This document shows, in pieces, positions 49,220-57,587 of a stretch of DNA of 64,000 nucleotides. Every line of letters begins with the position of its first letter. Position 1 is the first letter of the stretch. A program made the translations under genes and the position numbers. A model generated the notes under the pieces. The model worked only from the letters and a program-made list of their open reading frames with translations. It made no database searches and had not been told where the DNA came from. The DNA comes from Pseudomonadota bacterium (GTDB lineage: Bacteria; Desulfobacterota; Desulfobulbia; Desulfobulbales; JAHJIY01). The DNA lies in assembly GCA_018823175.1 (NCBI GenBank), contig JAHJIY010000066.1:92570-156569 (forward strand), in the 5' to 3' direction.

Positions 49220-49773
49220 AATGCGGATGCCGACCGGTCAGGACCACGATAATTTACGGTTTGTTATGCGGGTTGTTTTTTGTGCCACTGGTGACCATTC
49301 TGCGGCCTTTTTTTCCATGGAGTGGCGCTGTTTCTTTTGTTCTTTGGCTGGCTCTGGCCGGATACGGAATAATTTTAGCCGGTTGGGGCGGGAAAAATAA
49401 ATTAGCGGTATTTTTCCCGCTGGTGGTGCTGCTTGTTTTTTCGTTCTGGCACAATTCGGTTGGCGTCTTTGCTGGATCCGGGATGGTGATTCTAAGCTGG
49501 GTGCGCAGCGGCATCTGTTTTACCGACAAGATGGGCAAAAGAATTACGGCGGAACTTGTGATCTGCGCCGGCGGTGGTTTACTGGTGACCGGGTTTGTGC
49601 CGCAATCGCCGGTTATGCTTGCCCTTGGCCTCTGGATGTTTTTTCTGGTGCAGAGCCTTTACTTTGTGGTGCTTGATGATCTGCCCGGTGAATCGTCAAG
49701 TCAAATAGAGGCCGACCCGTTTGATCAGGCCAGGAGAGAGGCGGAAAAATTATTGTCTAATGTCGAAAGTTGA
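49216..49773 (+). CDS. Hypothetical polytopic membrane protein translationally coupled to the PspA-like gene
   Basis: An ATGA start/stop overlap with the upstream gene. It has 4-5 predicted TM helices and an acidic C-terminal tail. No family was recognised. Confidence 0.6.
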   Translation: MKCGCRPVRTTIIYGLLCGLFFVPLVTILRPFFPWSGAVSFVLWLALAGYGIILAGWGGKNKLAVFFPLVVLLVFSFWHNSVGVFAGSGMVILSWVRSGICFTDKMGKRITAELVICAGGGLLVTGFVPQSPVMLALGLWMFFLVQSLYFVVLDDLPGESSSQIEADPFDQARREAEKLLSNVES

Positions 49774-49849
49774 TCTGATGCACTGGCGAGGCACTCCTGG
49801 TAAGGACAAGAGTGCCTCGCTTAATTTATTGATGGAACAGTTGGGTAAA

Positions 49850-50257
49850 CTAGGAAACTCCTTTTGACTTGAGGAAAGGAGCGTATTGTTTGTCCGTACC
49901 TAGAATATGTTTGTCGAGCCAGTTTTTAAGGAAGTTCATGACTTCAAGAGTGATAGTGCCCTTGCCGGTTTTTACTTCGTTTTGCAGGGCAAGCACTTTG
50001 GCGGTCATTTTTTCATGTTTCTCCCTGTGTTCCTGGTAAGCAGGATAATCATTGGTCCTCATGATTCTTTCTTCAGTGCTGAAATGAGATACGGTATAAT
50101 TTGCCAGTTTGGCCAGGATATCATTTAACACATCTTTGCCACGTCTTTCGCTCATGGCCTCATGCAACTCGTTGATCATATCGATCAATTTTTTGTGCTG
50201 AGTATCAATTTCTTTGATATTGACACTGTAGTCATCTTTCCAGACAAAAAGTCCCAT
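49850..50257 (-). CDS. Bacteriohemerythrin
   Basis: WKDDYSVNIKEIDTQHKKLIDMINEL, HFSTEE and H-x3-H spacing typical of hemerythrin iron ligands. Confidence 0.9.
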   Translation of the reverse strand: MGLFVWKDDYSVNIKEIDTQHKKLIDMINELHEAMSERRGKDVLNDILAKLANYTVSHFSTEERIMRTNDYPAYQEHREKHEKMTAKVLALQNEVKTGKGTITLEVMNFLKNWLDKHILGTDKQYAPFLKSKGVS

Positions 50258-50293
50258 ATTCTCCTCCTATAACTGATTTATATATTTTTAATA

Positions 50294-51613
50294 TCAGGCC
50301 GTTACGGTGGCGAGATGTTTTTTGATTTCCTTTCTTTTTGCTTCTTTTTCATTTTTGATCGCAAAGGTCAGACAAGCGCCGGTCAGGAGCAGAATGCCCG
50401 CGGTTTGGAAGGCGGTGGCAAAGGTGTTGGTTTGGGTCATGATCACCTGGGAGGCCTTGCTCATCACAAACCCGCCGATTCCCCAGGCGGTAAAGAGGAG
50501 TCCGTAATTTACGCCAAAGTTTTTAATCCCCCAGAGATCCTTGGCGAAGGAGGGGAAAAGGGCCAGATTGGCTCCGTAATTAAAGCCGATCAGGGTGGCG
50601 AGAATAACCAGAATGACGGCATCGGCCCCGCCCGCTTTGGTAATCGGGATCGCCAGGAACATGAGCGCGGCCTGAAAAACAAAAATTCCGGCCAGGGTTT
50701 TGGCCCGGCCGATTTTATCTGATAATGATCCAGCCACCACGCGCCCGGCGGCGTTACCGATAGCCAGAATGGCCACGGCGATGAAGGCATTGGTTCCCAG
50801 GCTGCTCTTGGCCATCCCGGCCACACTGCCGATGACCATCAAGCCGGCGCCGGCCCCGATAAAGTACAAAAACCACAACAGCCAGAAGGCAGGGGTTTTG
50901 ATCATTTCCTGAGGCGGCACCTCTTTTTCAATAAATTCTACCCGGGCCTTCTGATGGGCATCTGTCGTACGACGGCGGCAGACAAAACCTGCCGGTTTAT
51001 AGCCGGCCGGCGGGTTAATCAGCAAAAGTGCCAGAGAACTGACCACAACCATAAAGGCTATCCCGAAAAAGAGCATCGCGCTCTGCAGGCCCCAGGTGTC
51101 GAGCAGATATGTGGCCAGCGGTGCGATATAGACCGAAGCCAGGCCAAAACCGGAAACAACAATGCCGGCGATCAGTCCTGTTTTATTAGGTGCGAACCAT
51201 TTCATCGCCGGAGGCGTGGCTGAGGAATAGCCAAAGGCAATACCGATGCCGACCAAGACACCAAAACCAAGGACCCAGCTGAGGTAGGCGGTGCTTTGTG
51301 AGATCCAGATAAATCCAAGTCCGACAAACAGGCCGCCAATAATTGCCGTAATCCGCGGGCCGTAGATGTCCTGGCATTTACCGGCTGCGATCATACTTAA
51401 GGCGAAAACCAGACAGCAGACGGCGTAAGGATCGTTCAAGGATGCCATTTCCCAGTTGAAGGCGCCGGAGCCGCCGGTCTCAATTGATTGCCGGATCGCG
51501 CCTTTAAAGATGCTCCAGGTGTATAAAACCCCGAGCGCCAGATTTATACCAGTCCCGGCCATAGTGACAACTACTCCTCTGGATTTGGTTTTTGTTGCCA
51601 TGGCACCCTCCAT
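50294..51613 (-). CDS. MFS transporter (oxalate/formate antiporter-like family)
   Basis: A 439-aa ORF with about 12 TM helices and an OFA-like N-terminus (VVTMAGTGINLALGVLYTWSIF). Confidence 0.88.
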   Translation of the reverse strand: MEGAMATKTKSRGVVVTMAGTGINLALGVLYTWSIFKGAIRQSIETGGSGAFNWEMASLNDPYAVCCLVFALSMIAAGKCQDIYGPRITAIIGGLFVGLGFIWISQSTAYLSWVLGFGVLVGIGIAFGYSSATPPAMKWFAPNKTGLIAGIVVSGFGLASVYIAPLATYLLDTWGLQSAMLFFGIAFMVVVSSLALLLINPPAGYKPAGFVCRRRTTDAHQKARVEFIEKEVPPQEMIKTPAFWLLWFLYFIGAGAGLMVIGSVAGMAKSSLGTNAFIAVAILAIGNAAGRVVAGSLSDKIGRAKTLAGIFVFQAALMFLAIPITKAGGADAVILVILATLIGFNYGANLALFPSFAKDLWGIKNFGVNYGLLFTAWGIGGFVMSKASQVIMTQTNTFATAFQTAGILLLTGACLTFAIKNEKEAKRKEIKKHLATVTA

Positions 51614-51702
51614 TTATCGCGATAATTTTTTGTTCAATAGTTAATTTTTCAATTCCACATAAAGATTACACCTCCCCGGTTTGTTCGTTGTCAAGAAATA
51701 TA

Positions 51703-51749
51703 ATAGGAGCCTGTGATTTTCCATATAATTGGAAATCGCAGGCTCCTAT
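51703..51749. promoter_or_regulatory. 47-bp near-perfect palindrome in the divergent MFS / cyd control region
   Basis: ATAGGAGCCTGTGATTTTCCA (51703-51723) is inverted against TGGAAATCGCAGGCTCCTAT (51730-51749). Confidence 0.6.
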
Positions 51750-51800
51750 ATATTTAAATTGATATACGAATCAACTTTTGCCTAAACTGGAATTATGCAG

Positions 51801-51827
51801 TTGACAGCAAATAAATTTTAGTATAAT
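51801..51827 (+). promoter_or_regulatory. sigma70-type promoter candidate for the DUF4492-cydAB operon
   Basis: TTGACA (51801-51806) and TATAAT (51822-51827) are both perfect hexamers, but the spacer is only 15 nt. Confidence 0.5.
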
Positions 51828-51859
51828 GGTAACTATTACTGTTTAGAAAGAGGGAAATA

Positions 51860-52132
51860 ATGAATATGTCTAACCCACAAAAATTCTATACCCTTTACCG
51901 GGATGGCTTCAGGTCGATGGTCCTTGGGCGTACCCTGTGGAAGATAATTATCATAAAACTGTTGATAATTTTCGGGGTATTGAAACTGTTTTTTTTCCCG
52001 GATTTTCTGACAGAAAATTTTGATAATGATCAAGAGAAGGCAGACTATGTTCTGGAGGCGATTACCGCGCAAGGGAAAAGTGATTTTTGGAATGTGAAAC
52101 AGATGGATAAAGTAAAAAGGAGGGAGAAATGA
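51860..52132 (+). CDS. DUF4492-like small membrane protein preceding cydA
   Basis: A 90-aa ORF, FYTLYRDGFRSMVLGRTLWKIIIIKLLIIFGVLKLFFF, whose stop overlaps the cydA start. Confidence 0.7.
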   Translation: MNMSNPQKFYTLYRDGFRSMVLGRTLWKIIIIKLLIIFGVLKLFFFPDFLTENFDNDQEKADYVLEAITAQGKSDFWNVKQMDKVKRREK

Positions 52133-53664
52133 TCGAACAATTTGATGTTTCAATGGTTAATTGGGCCCGGGCGCAATTTGCGATGACGGCCATGTACCAC
52201 TGGATTTTTGTGCCACTGACTCTGGGTTTGTCGTTTCTGGTCGCTTTTTTTGAGACCTTTTACGTCAAAACCGGTAACGAGCAATGGAAACGGCTGACAA
52301 AATTCTGGATGACTCTGTTTGGGATTAACTTTGCTATCGGGATGGCAACTGGCATCATCCTGGAATTTGAGTTCGGCACTAACTGGTCAAATTACTCATG
52401 GATGGTCGGCGATATATTCGGGGCACCGCTGGCGGTGGAAGGAATTTTCGCCTTTTTTATTGAAGCGACTTTCTTTGCGGTAATGTTTTTTGGCTGGGAC
52501 CGGGTCTCGAAAAAGATGCATTTGTTCTCCACCTGGATGGTGGCAATCGGCTCCAATCTTTCTGCTTTGTGGATTCTGGTGGCCAACGGCTGGATGCAGT
52601 ATCCGGTGGGGATGGAGTTTAATCCTGATACGGCTCGTTTTGAGATGCATAATTTCTGGGATATCTTGTTTTCGCCGGTGGCAATCGGTAAATTTACCCA
52701 TGCGACCAGTTCCGGGTTCTTGCTGGGCTCTCTTTTCGTGGTTGCGGTTTCTTCGTGGTTTTTGCTCAAGGGGCGCCATCTTGAAATGGCCAAAAAAAGT
52801 ATTCTGGTGGCCTCGGTCTTCGGCATATTGTCGTCCGTGTTCGTCGGTTTTACCGGTGACGAGGCGGCTTATAATGTGGCCCAGGTTCAGCCTATGAAGC
52901 TGGCCACTTTTGAAGGGCTGTATGACGGACAGCGTAATGCCGGCCTGGTCGCCATGGGCGTAATGAATAACTACAAAAAGCCCGGCGACAGTTTTGATCC
53001 CTTCCTGTTTAAGTTTGAGGTGCCTGGCCTCTTGTCCTTGCTCGCGAATCGTCAGTCCGGTAGTTTTGTGCCCGGGATTAACGACCTATTGTACGGCAAT
53101 GAGCAGGAAAATATTCTTGGGGTCGATAAAAAAATGGAGCGCGGCAAAATTGCGGTCGAACAGTTGGGTCTTTATAAAAATGCCAAGAAGCAGGGGAACG
53201 ATCAGTTGGCGAAAAATGCGCTTGGAAAATTCAATCAACATAAAGAATATCTTGGCTACGGCCACTTGAAGAGTGTGGAAGAGGCGGCTCCGCCGGCACC
53301 GATTAACTTCTACAGTTTCCATTTGATGGTTGTCCTGGGCACCTTGTTCCCGATCATCTTCCTGCTCTTTTTGTTCTATACCTATAAAGATACGATCAGT
53401 GAGCAAAAATGGCTGCTCAATGTTGGCGTGGTCGCGGTATTTCTGGGCTGGGTGGCCCAGGAATGTGGCTGGATTGTGGCCGAGGTCGGTCGTCAGCCCT
53501 GGGCGATCCAGGGGTTGCTGCCGGTATCGGTGGCACGTTCTAATCTGACGCCCGGTACGGTGCAGACCACATTCTTCATGTTCTTGATCCTGTTTACGGT
53601 CCTGCTGATCGCAGAGATTCGGATCATGCTTACCCAAATTAAAATCGGCCCGGAGGAAGTATAA
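52129..53664 (+). CDS. cydA: Cytochrome bd ubiquinol oxidase subunit I
   Basis: A 511-aa ORF with RAQFAMTAMYHWIFVPLTLG, a Q-loop region and GWIVAEVGRQPW. Confidence 0.97.
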   Translation: MIEQFDVSMVNWARAQFAMTAMYHWIFVPLTLGLSFLVAFFETFYVKTGNEQWKRLTKFWMTLFGINFAIGMATGIILEFEFGTNWSNYSWMVGDIFGAPLAVEGIFAFFIEATFFAVMFFGWDRVSKKMHLFSTWMVAIGSNLSALWILVANGWMQYPVGMEFNPDTARFEMHNFWDILFSPVAIGKFTHATSSGFLLGSLFVVAVSSWFLLKGRHLEMAKKSILVASVFGILSSVFVGFTGDEAAYNVAQVQPMKLATFEGLYDGQRNAGLVAMGVMNNYKKPGDSFDPFLFKFEVPGLLSLLANRQSGSFVPGINDLLYGNEQENILGVDKKMERGKIAVEQLGLYKNAKKQGNDQLAKNALGKFNQHKEYLGYGHLKSVEEAAPPAPINFYSFHLMVVLGTLFPIIFLLFLFYTYKDTISEQKWLLNVGVVAVFLGWVAQECGWIVAEVGRQPWAIQGLLPVSVARSNLTPGTVQTTFFMFLILFTVLLIAEIRIMLTQIKIGPEEV

Positions 53665-54801
53665 ATGATCGGCAATCTTGATACTGCGACCTTGCAGCAA
53701 TTATGGTGGATTCTTTGTTCTGTGGTTGGTTCCCTTTTCCTTTTCCTGACTTTTGTTCAGGGTGGGCAGACCCTGCTGTTTACAACAGCCCGGAATGACG
53801 AGGAGAAAAATTTGATGGTCAATTCTCTGGGCCGGAAATGGGAGCTTACCTTTACGACCCTGGTTTTGTTCGGTGGCGCTTTATTTGCCTCCTTTCCTCT
53901 TTTTTATGCCACCAGTTTCGGGGGGGCATACTGGGTGTGGATTCTTATTCTTTTTACTTTTATCATTCAGGCGGTCAGCTATGAATATCGCCGGAAGCCG
54001 GATAATTTTCTGGGGCAGACCACTTATGATATTTTCCTTTTGATCAACGGCAGCGTCGGGATTTTATTAATTGGCGCGGCGGTGGGCACGTTTTTTACCG
54101 GCTCAAATTTTACGCTCAATGATTACAATCAGGTGATGTGGCAACATCCCTGGCGCGGACTGGAAGCGGCGACCAGCGGTTTTAATCTTTCCCTTGGTTT
54201 GTTCCTGGTTTTTCTGGCCCGGGTGCTGGGCGCCATGTATCTGACCAATAATATCGACTATCCTGACCTGAATCGGCGTCTGGCGAAAGCGACTTTGATT
54301 AACTTCATAATTGCATTGCCCTTTCTGCTCTATGTTCTGATTAGTCTGCTGGTTATGGATGGATTTGGCGTTGATCCGGCTACCGGTGTAGTGTCGATGG
54401 TTAAAGGTAAATATCTGCAAAACCTTTTGTCTTCCCCTTTAAATCCGATTTTGCTGTTGGCTGGGTTAGTGGCGGTGATTTGGGGAGTGGTGTCAAATAG
54501 CTTTATGGGCAAGCGATGCGGGATCTGGTCGGCCGGGATGGGAACGGTCCTGGTCGGTCTGGCGATTTTTTCACTGGCCGCGTTCAATAATACCGCCTTT
54601 TACCCGTCGGTATCGGATTTGCAATCCAGTTTGACCATCTATAATGCATCAAGCAGTCATTTTACTCTGACTGCCATGACTTACGTGGCTATCGCTATTC
54701 CGTTTGTCTTGGCCTATATCTTCTATTTCTGGTGGAAGATGGATGCTCAAAATCTTACGCTGGCAGATCTGAGTAGTGCTGACGCCAAGGAAATATACTA
54801 G
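53665..54801 (+). CDS. cydB: Cytochrome bd ubiquinol oxidase subunit II
   Basis: A 378-aa polytopic ORF that starts immediately at the cydA stop. Its N-terminus is CydB-like (LQQLWWILCSVVGSLFLFLTFVQGG). Confidence 0.95.
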   Translation: MIGNLDTATLQQLWWILCSVVGSLFLFLTFVQGGQTLLFTTARNDEEKNLMVNSLGRKWELTFTTLVLFGGALFASFPLFYATSFGGAYWVWILILFTFIIQAVSYEYRRKPDNFLGQTTYDIFLLINGSVGILLIGAAVGTFFTGSNFTLNDYNQVMWQHPWRGLEAATSGFNLSLGLFLVFLARVLGAMYLTNNIDYPDLNRRLAKATLINFIIALPFLLYVLISLLVMDGFGVDPATGVVSMVKGKYLQNLLSSPLNPILLLAGLVAVIWGVVSNSFMGKRCGIWSAGMGTVLVGLAIFSLAAFNNTAFYPSVSDLQSSLTIYNASSSHFTLTAMTYVAIAIPFVLAYIFYFWWKMDAQNLTLADLSSADAKEIY

Positions 54802-54941
54802 ACCTTTTGGGACTAAAAATTGGTGCGAAAATGTTGATGAGATGAGGGGCAAAAAATCCTTAGAATAGGGTTTATATTAAAAGGATTTAGTCCCCGAAGA
54901 GTATAACGAGCCGGCTTTGCCGGCGTAAGGAGAAATAAGAG

Positions 54942-55037
54942 ATGATAGCTTTCTTGTTGATAAGTTGGGTTGTGTTGCTGGTTGTCTCCCTGAAGGGGGC
55001 GGAAATAGTCCTGAAAAAGGCCGGCAAGTTTGAATAG
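54942..55037 (+). CDS. Candidate 31-aa single-TM small protein between cydB and the peroxiredoxin gene
   Basis: ATG at 54942 preceded by AAGGAG (54927-54932). It translates to MIAFLLISWVVLLVVSLKGAEIVLKKAGKFE. It is below the ORF-track size cutoff and has no recognisable similarity to CydX. Confidence 0.35.
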   Translation: MIAFLLISWVVLLVVSLKGAEIVLKKAGKFE

Positions 55038-55104
55038 ATGGTTTTTGTCCGGATGGAACAATCTGGAAAATTGAGCAATTATAAAATTAATAAGGAGATC
55101 AGCT

Positions 55105-55692
55105 GTGTGTAATTTAGTAACCAAAGAAGCGCCGGATTTTACCGCCCAGGCGGTGATGCCGAATAATACGATTGCCGATCTTTCCCTTTCTTCGTACCGC
55201 GGGAAATATGTGGTCCTGTTTTTTTATCCGTTGGATTTTACCTTTGTCTGCCCTTCGGAGATTCTAGCTTTCAATAAGGCGGTCAGCCGTTTTGCTGAAA
55301 AAAATTGCCAGCTACTCGGGGTGTCGGTTGATTCACAATTTACCCATCTTGCCTGGAAGAATACCGCAATTAATGATGGCGGAATCGGCAAGATTGATTT
55401 TCCCCTGGTGGCCGACCTGAACAAGGCGATCTCCCAGGCCTATGGAGTACTGCTTAGCGGCGGTGTTGCCTTACGGGGTTTGTTCCTGATCGATAAGGCC
55501 GGGATTATCCGCCATTCGGTGGTCAACGATTTACCTCTGGGGCGTAACGTGGATGAGGCCTTGCGGATGGTTGAAGCTTTGCAGTTTTTTGAGACCTGCG
55601 GCGAGGTGTGCCCGGCTAACTGGCGGCCCGGCGAAGATGGCATGAAGCCTACGGCCGCGGGCGTGGCCGAGTATCTGAGCAAGCACGCCTAG
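55105..55692 (+). CDS. Typical 2-Cys peroxiredoxin (AhpC/Tsa family)
   Basis: Peroxidatic Cys motif DFTFVCPSE and resolving Cys VCPANW. It has a GTG start 7 nt after AAGGAG. Confidence 0.95.
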   Translation: MCNLVTKEAPDFTAQAVMPNNTIADLSLSSYRGKYVVLFFYPLDFTFVCPSEILAFNKAVSRFAEKNCQLLGVSVDSQFTHLAWKNTAINDGGIGKIDFPLVADLNKAISQAYGVLLSGGVALRGLFLIDKAGIIRHSVVNDLPLGRNVDEALRMVEALQFFETCGEVCPANWRPGEDGMKPTAAGVAEYLSKHA

Positions 55693-55782
55693 TTCGTTAC
55701 TTTTATATTAAACTTAAGAAAGGCCGTCGGGATCTTATTCCGGCGGCCTTTCTTTGTAATGGTGACAAATTAATCAAGGAGA

Positions 55783-56808
55783 TTAAAGGGTCTTCTGGTT
55801 GGTTGAGATCGGGGAAATTTTTTGTTTCAACAGGCAGCAGGAGATGCGGTGTTGCGGGTGGCCGGAGTCGTCATAGGTGATGTTGCCTGGTTGCAGCAGT
55901 TTGTTCATCACGCAGCCTTCCGGGATCTCTAAAGTGAACAGTTTGTCCTCGGTTAGTCCCTCGTTGGTCAGGAGTTGGTTGTTCTCTATTCGCATGGAAT
56001 TTAGCGGATAATCTTCGCACAGGGGACAACGGTAGACCCGACCATTTGGAAAGATAAAATAATTGTCCGCGACATTGCCGGCACATTCAAACTTCTCATC
56101 TTTATCCAGGAAGACCTTGGGAAAAGTTACATCAATACCTAATGCGGCCGCATTTTCAGCGGTTTGGGGGATGGCTGTTAACCATTCCTCCGGCGTTAGT
56201 TGTAGATTGTTGCCGTGCTGAACTGATTTGCCGCGTAATCCGATGACCTGAATGAAAAAGCGCTCTACCTTGAGTTTGGCCAGCAGTTTGGGCATCTGTG
56301 CCAGTTGTTCCAGATTCATTTTGCTGACCGTGTAAATAAGACTGATCGAAAACCCCATCGCGGCGGCTTTTTTAATGTTCTCGGTGCAGGTGGCAAATAC
56401 TCCTTCTCCCCGGATCGGATCATTGACTTCGGCACTGGGGCCGTCAAGACTGAAGCTTAAGACTGCGTCATCAGGACTGATCCGGCTCAGCAGGTCGTGG
56501 AACAGAAAGCCATTGGTGTCAACGGTAATTGATTGATAACCCAGCGCCCTGGCTGTTTTTATGCCATGGGCCAGATCCGGGTGCATGGTCGGTTCACCGC
56601 CCAGAAAGATGACGTTGCTCTCTTTGTCCGGATCATGAAACAGACGGAGCCAGTCATCCATGGTCTGACGGGAAACCATGGTGGTGCCGTGCTGGGCCGG
56701 ATTGATATAGCAATGTCGACAGGATAGATTGCAGGCGGTCAGAATATGAAAAAAGATATTGCGTTCGTTGGGCTTGAAACCAACGGTCTTGAGTTGGGTG
56801 GTACTCAA
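55783..56808 (-). CDS. Radical SAM protein with a Cys-rich (SPASM/twitch-like) C-terminal region
   Basis: CNLSCRHCY (CX3CX2C) near the N-terminus, GGEP, and C-terminal cysteines (ECAGN, RCPLCED, EGC, SCC). Confidence 0.85.
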   Translation of the reverse strand: MSTTQLKTVGFKPNERNIFFHILTACNLSCRHCYINPAQHGTTMVSRQTMDDWLRLFHDPDKESNVIFLGGEPTMHPDLAHGIKTARALGYQSITVDTNGFLFHDLLSRISPDDAVLSFSLDGPSAEVNDPIRGEGVFATCTENIKKAAAMGFSISLIYTVSKMNLEQLAQMPKLLAKLKVERFFIQVIGLRGKSVQHGNNLQLTPEEWLTAIPQTAENAAALGIDVTFPKVFLDKDEKFECAGNVADNYFIFPNGRVYRCPLCEDYPLNSMRIENNQLLTNEGLTEDKLFTLEIPEGCVMNKLLQPGNITYDDSGHPQHRISCCLLKQKISPISTNQKTL

Positions 56809-56840
56809 AGTCGTTCCTTTTTATTTGGTAAAGAGAATAA

Positions 56841-56880
56841 AGGTTTAAGGTGTAAGGTTTAAGGCTAAACAGCTAAACAG
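56841..56880. repeat. Short tandem repeat related to the flhB-flhA heptamer array
   Basis: AGGTTTAAG GTGTAAG GTTTAAG GCTAAAC AGCTAAAC AG. It has the same GKTNAAG units, in the same orientation, in the spacer between two co-directional minus-strand genes. Confidence 0.6.
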
Positions 56881-56885
56881 CTTAA

Positions 56886-57395
56886 TCAATCCTGACTTAA
56901 GGTGTATTCGGAAAGCAGACTGTCTCGCCAGTAATCGTTGGCCTGATTGGTGAAGAAGTTTTTGAATAAGCGCAGGCTTTCTTCCCGCATTACATCGGGA
57001 ATGATTTCAACCCGTATATCGCGATAAAGAGGGGTCAGACGGTTCAGGTCAAGATTGGTGCCGCCGCCCATCGCATCCTCATAGGCAAAGACCACTCGGG
57101 TTATATTGTTGAGCAGCAGAGCCGCAAAGCACATCAGGCAAGGTTCCATGGTGGAGTAGACCGTAACTGTACGGCGGTTAAGTTCCGGGTGGTTGGTGAA
57201 CAGGTCCCGCAGGGCAGTCATTTCGGCGTGGTCCATTTCGTTGGCTTTGCCGCTTCGGCTGTTGCTCCGGCGACCGCGGGCGACTACCTTGTTATTGGCC
57301 ACCATGATGCAACCCACCGGGAACTCGCCGGCCATCAGGGCGGTCTCCGCTTCCTGTAAGGCGATGTTCATGAATTTTTCGTGCTGTGCGCGCAT
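56886..57395 (-). CDS. CMP/dCMP-type zinc deaminase (TadA / guanine deaminase-like nucleoside deaminase)
   Basis: HAEMTAL ... PCLMCFAAL (H-A-E and PC-x2-C zinc and catalytic motifs). Confidence 0.85.
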   Translation of the reverse strand: MRAQHEKFMNIALQEAETALMAGEFPVGCIMVANNKVVARGRRSNSRSGKANEMDHAEMTALRDLFTNHPELNRRTVTVYSTMEPCLMCFAALLLNNITRVVFAYEDAMGGGTNLDLNRLTPLYRDIRVEIIPDVMREESLRLFKNFFTNQANDYWRDSLLSEYTLSQD

Positions 57396-57587
57396 TTTTT
57401 TATACCGGTCAATATTTGCCTGGAGATCCTTTAAGTAATTCTGAACTCATAAACGAAATCAGGATATTATTAATAAATAGCGGCGTCAAGCGGCTAAATT
57501 TGTCCTTTCTTGAAAAGGTGATGGAAATAGGGTAGTTTGCGCACCGGTTAGATAATAATTTTATGATCTTGCGGACGGGCGAAATTC

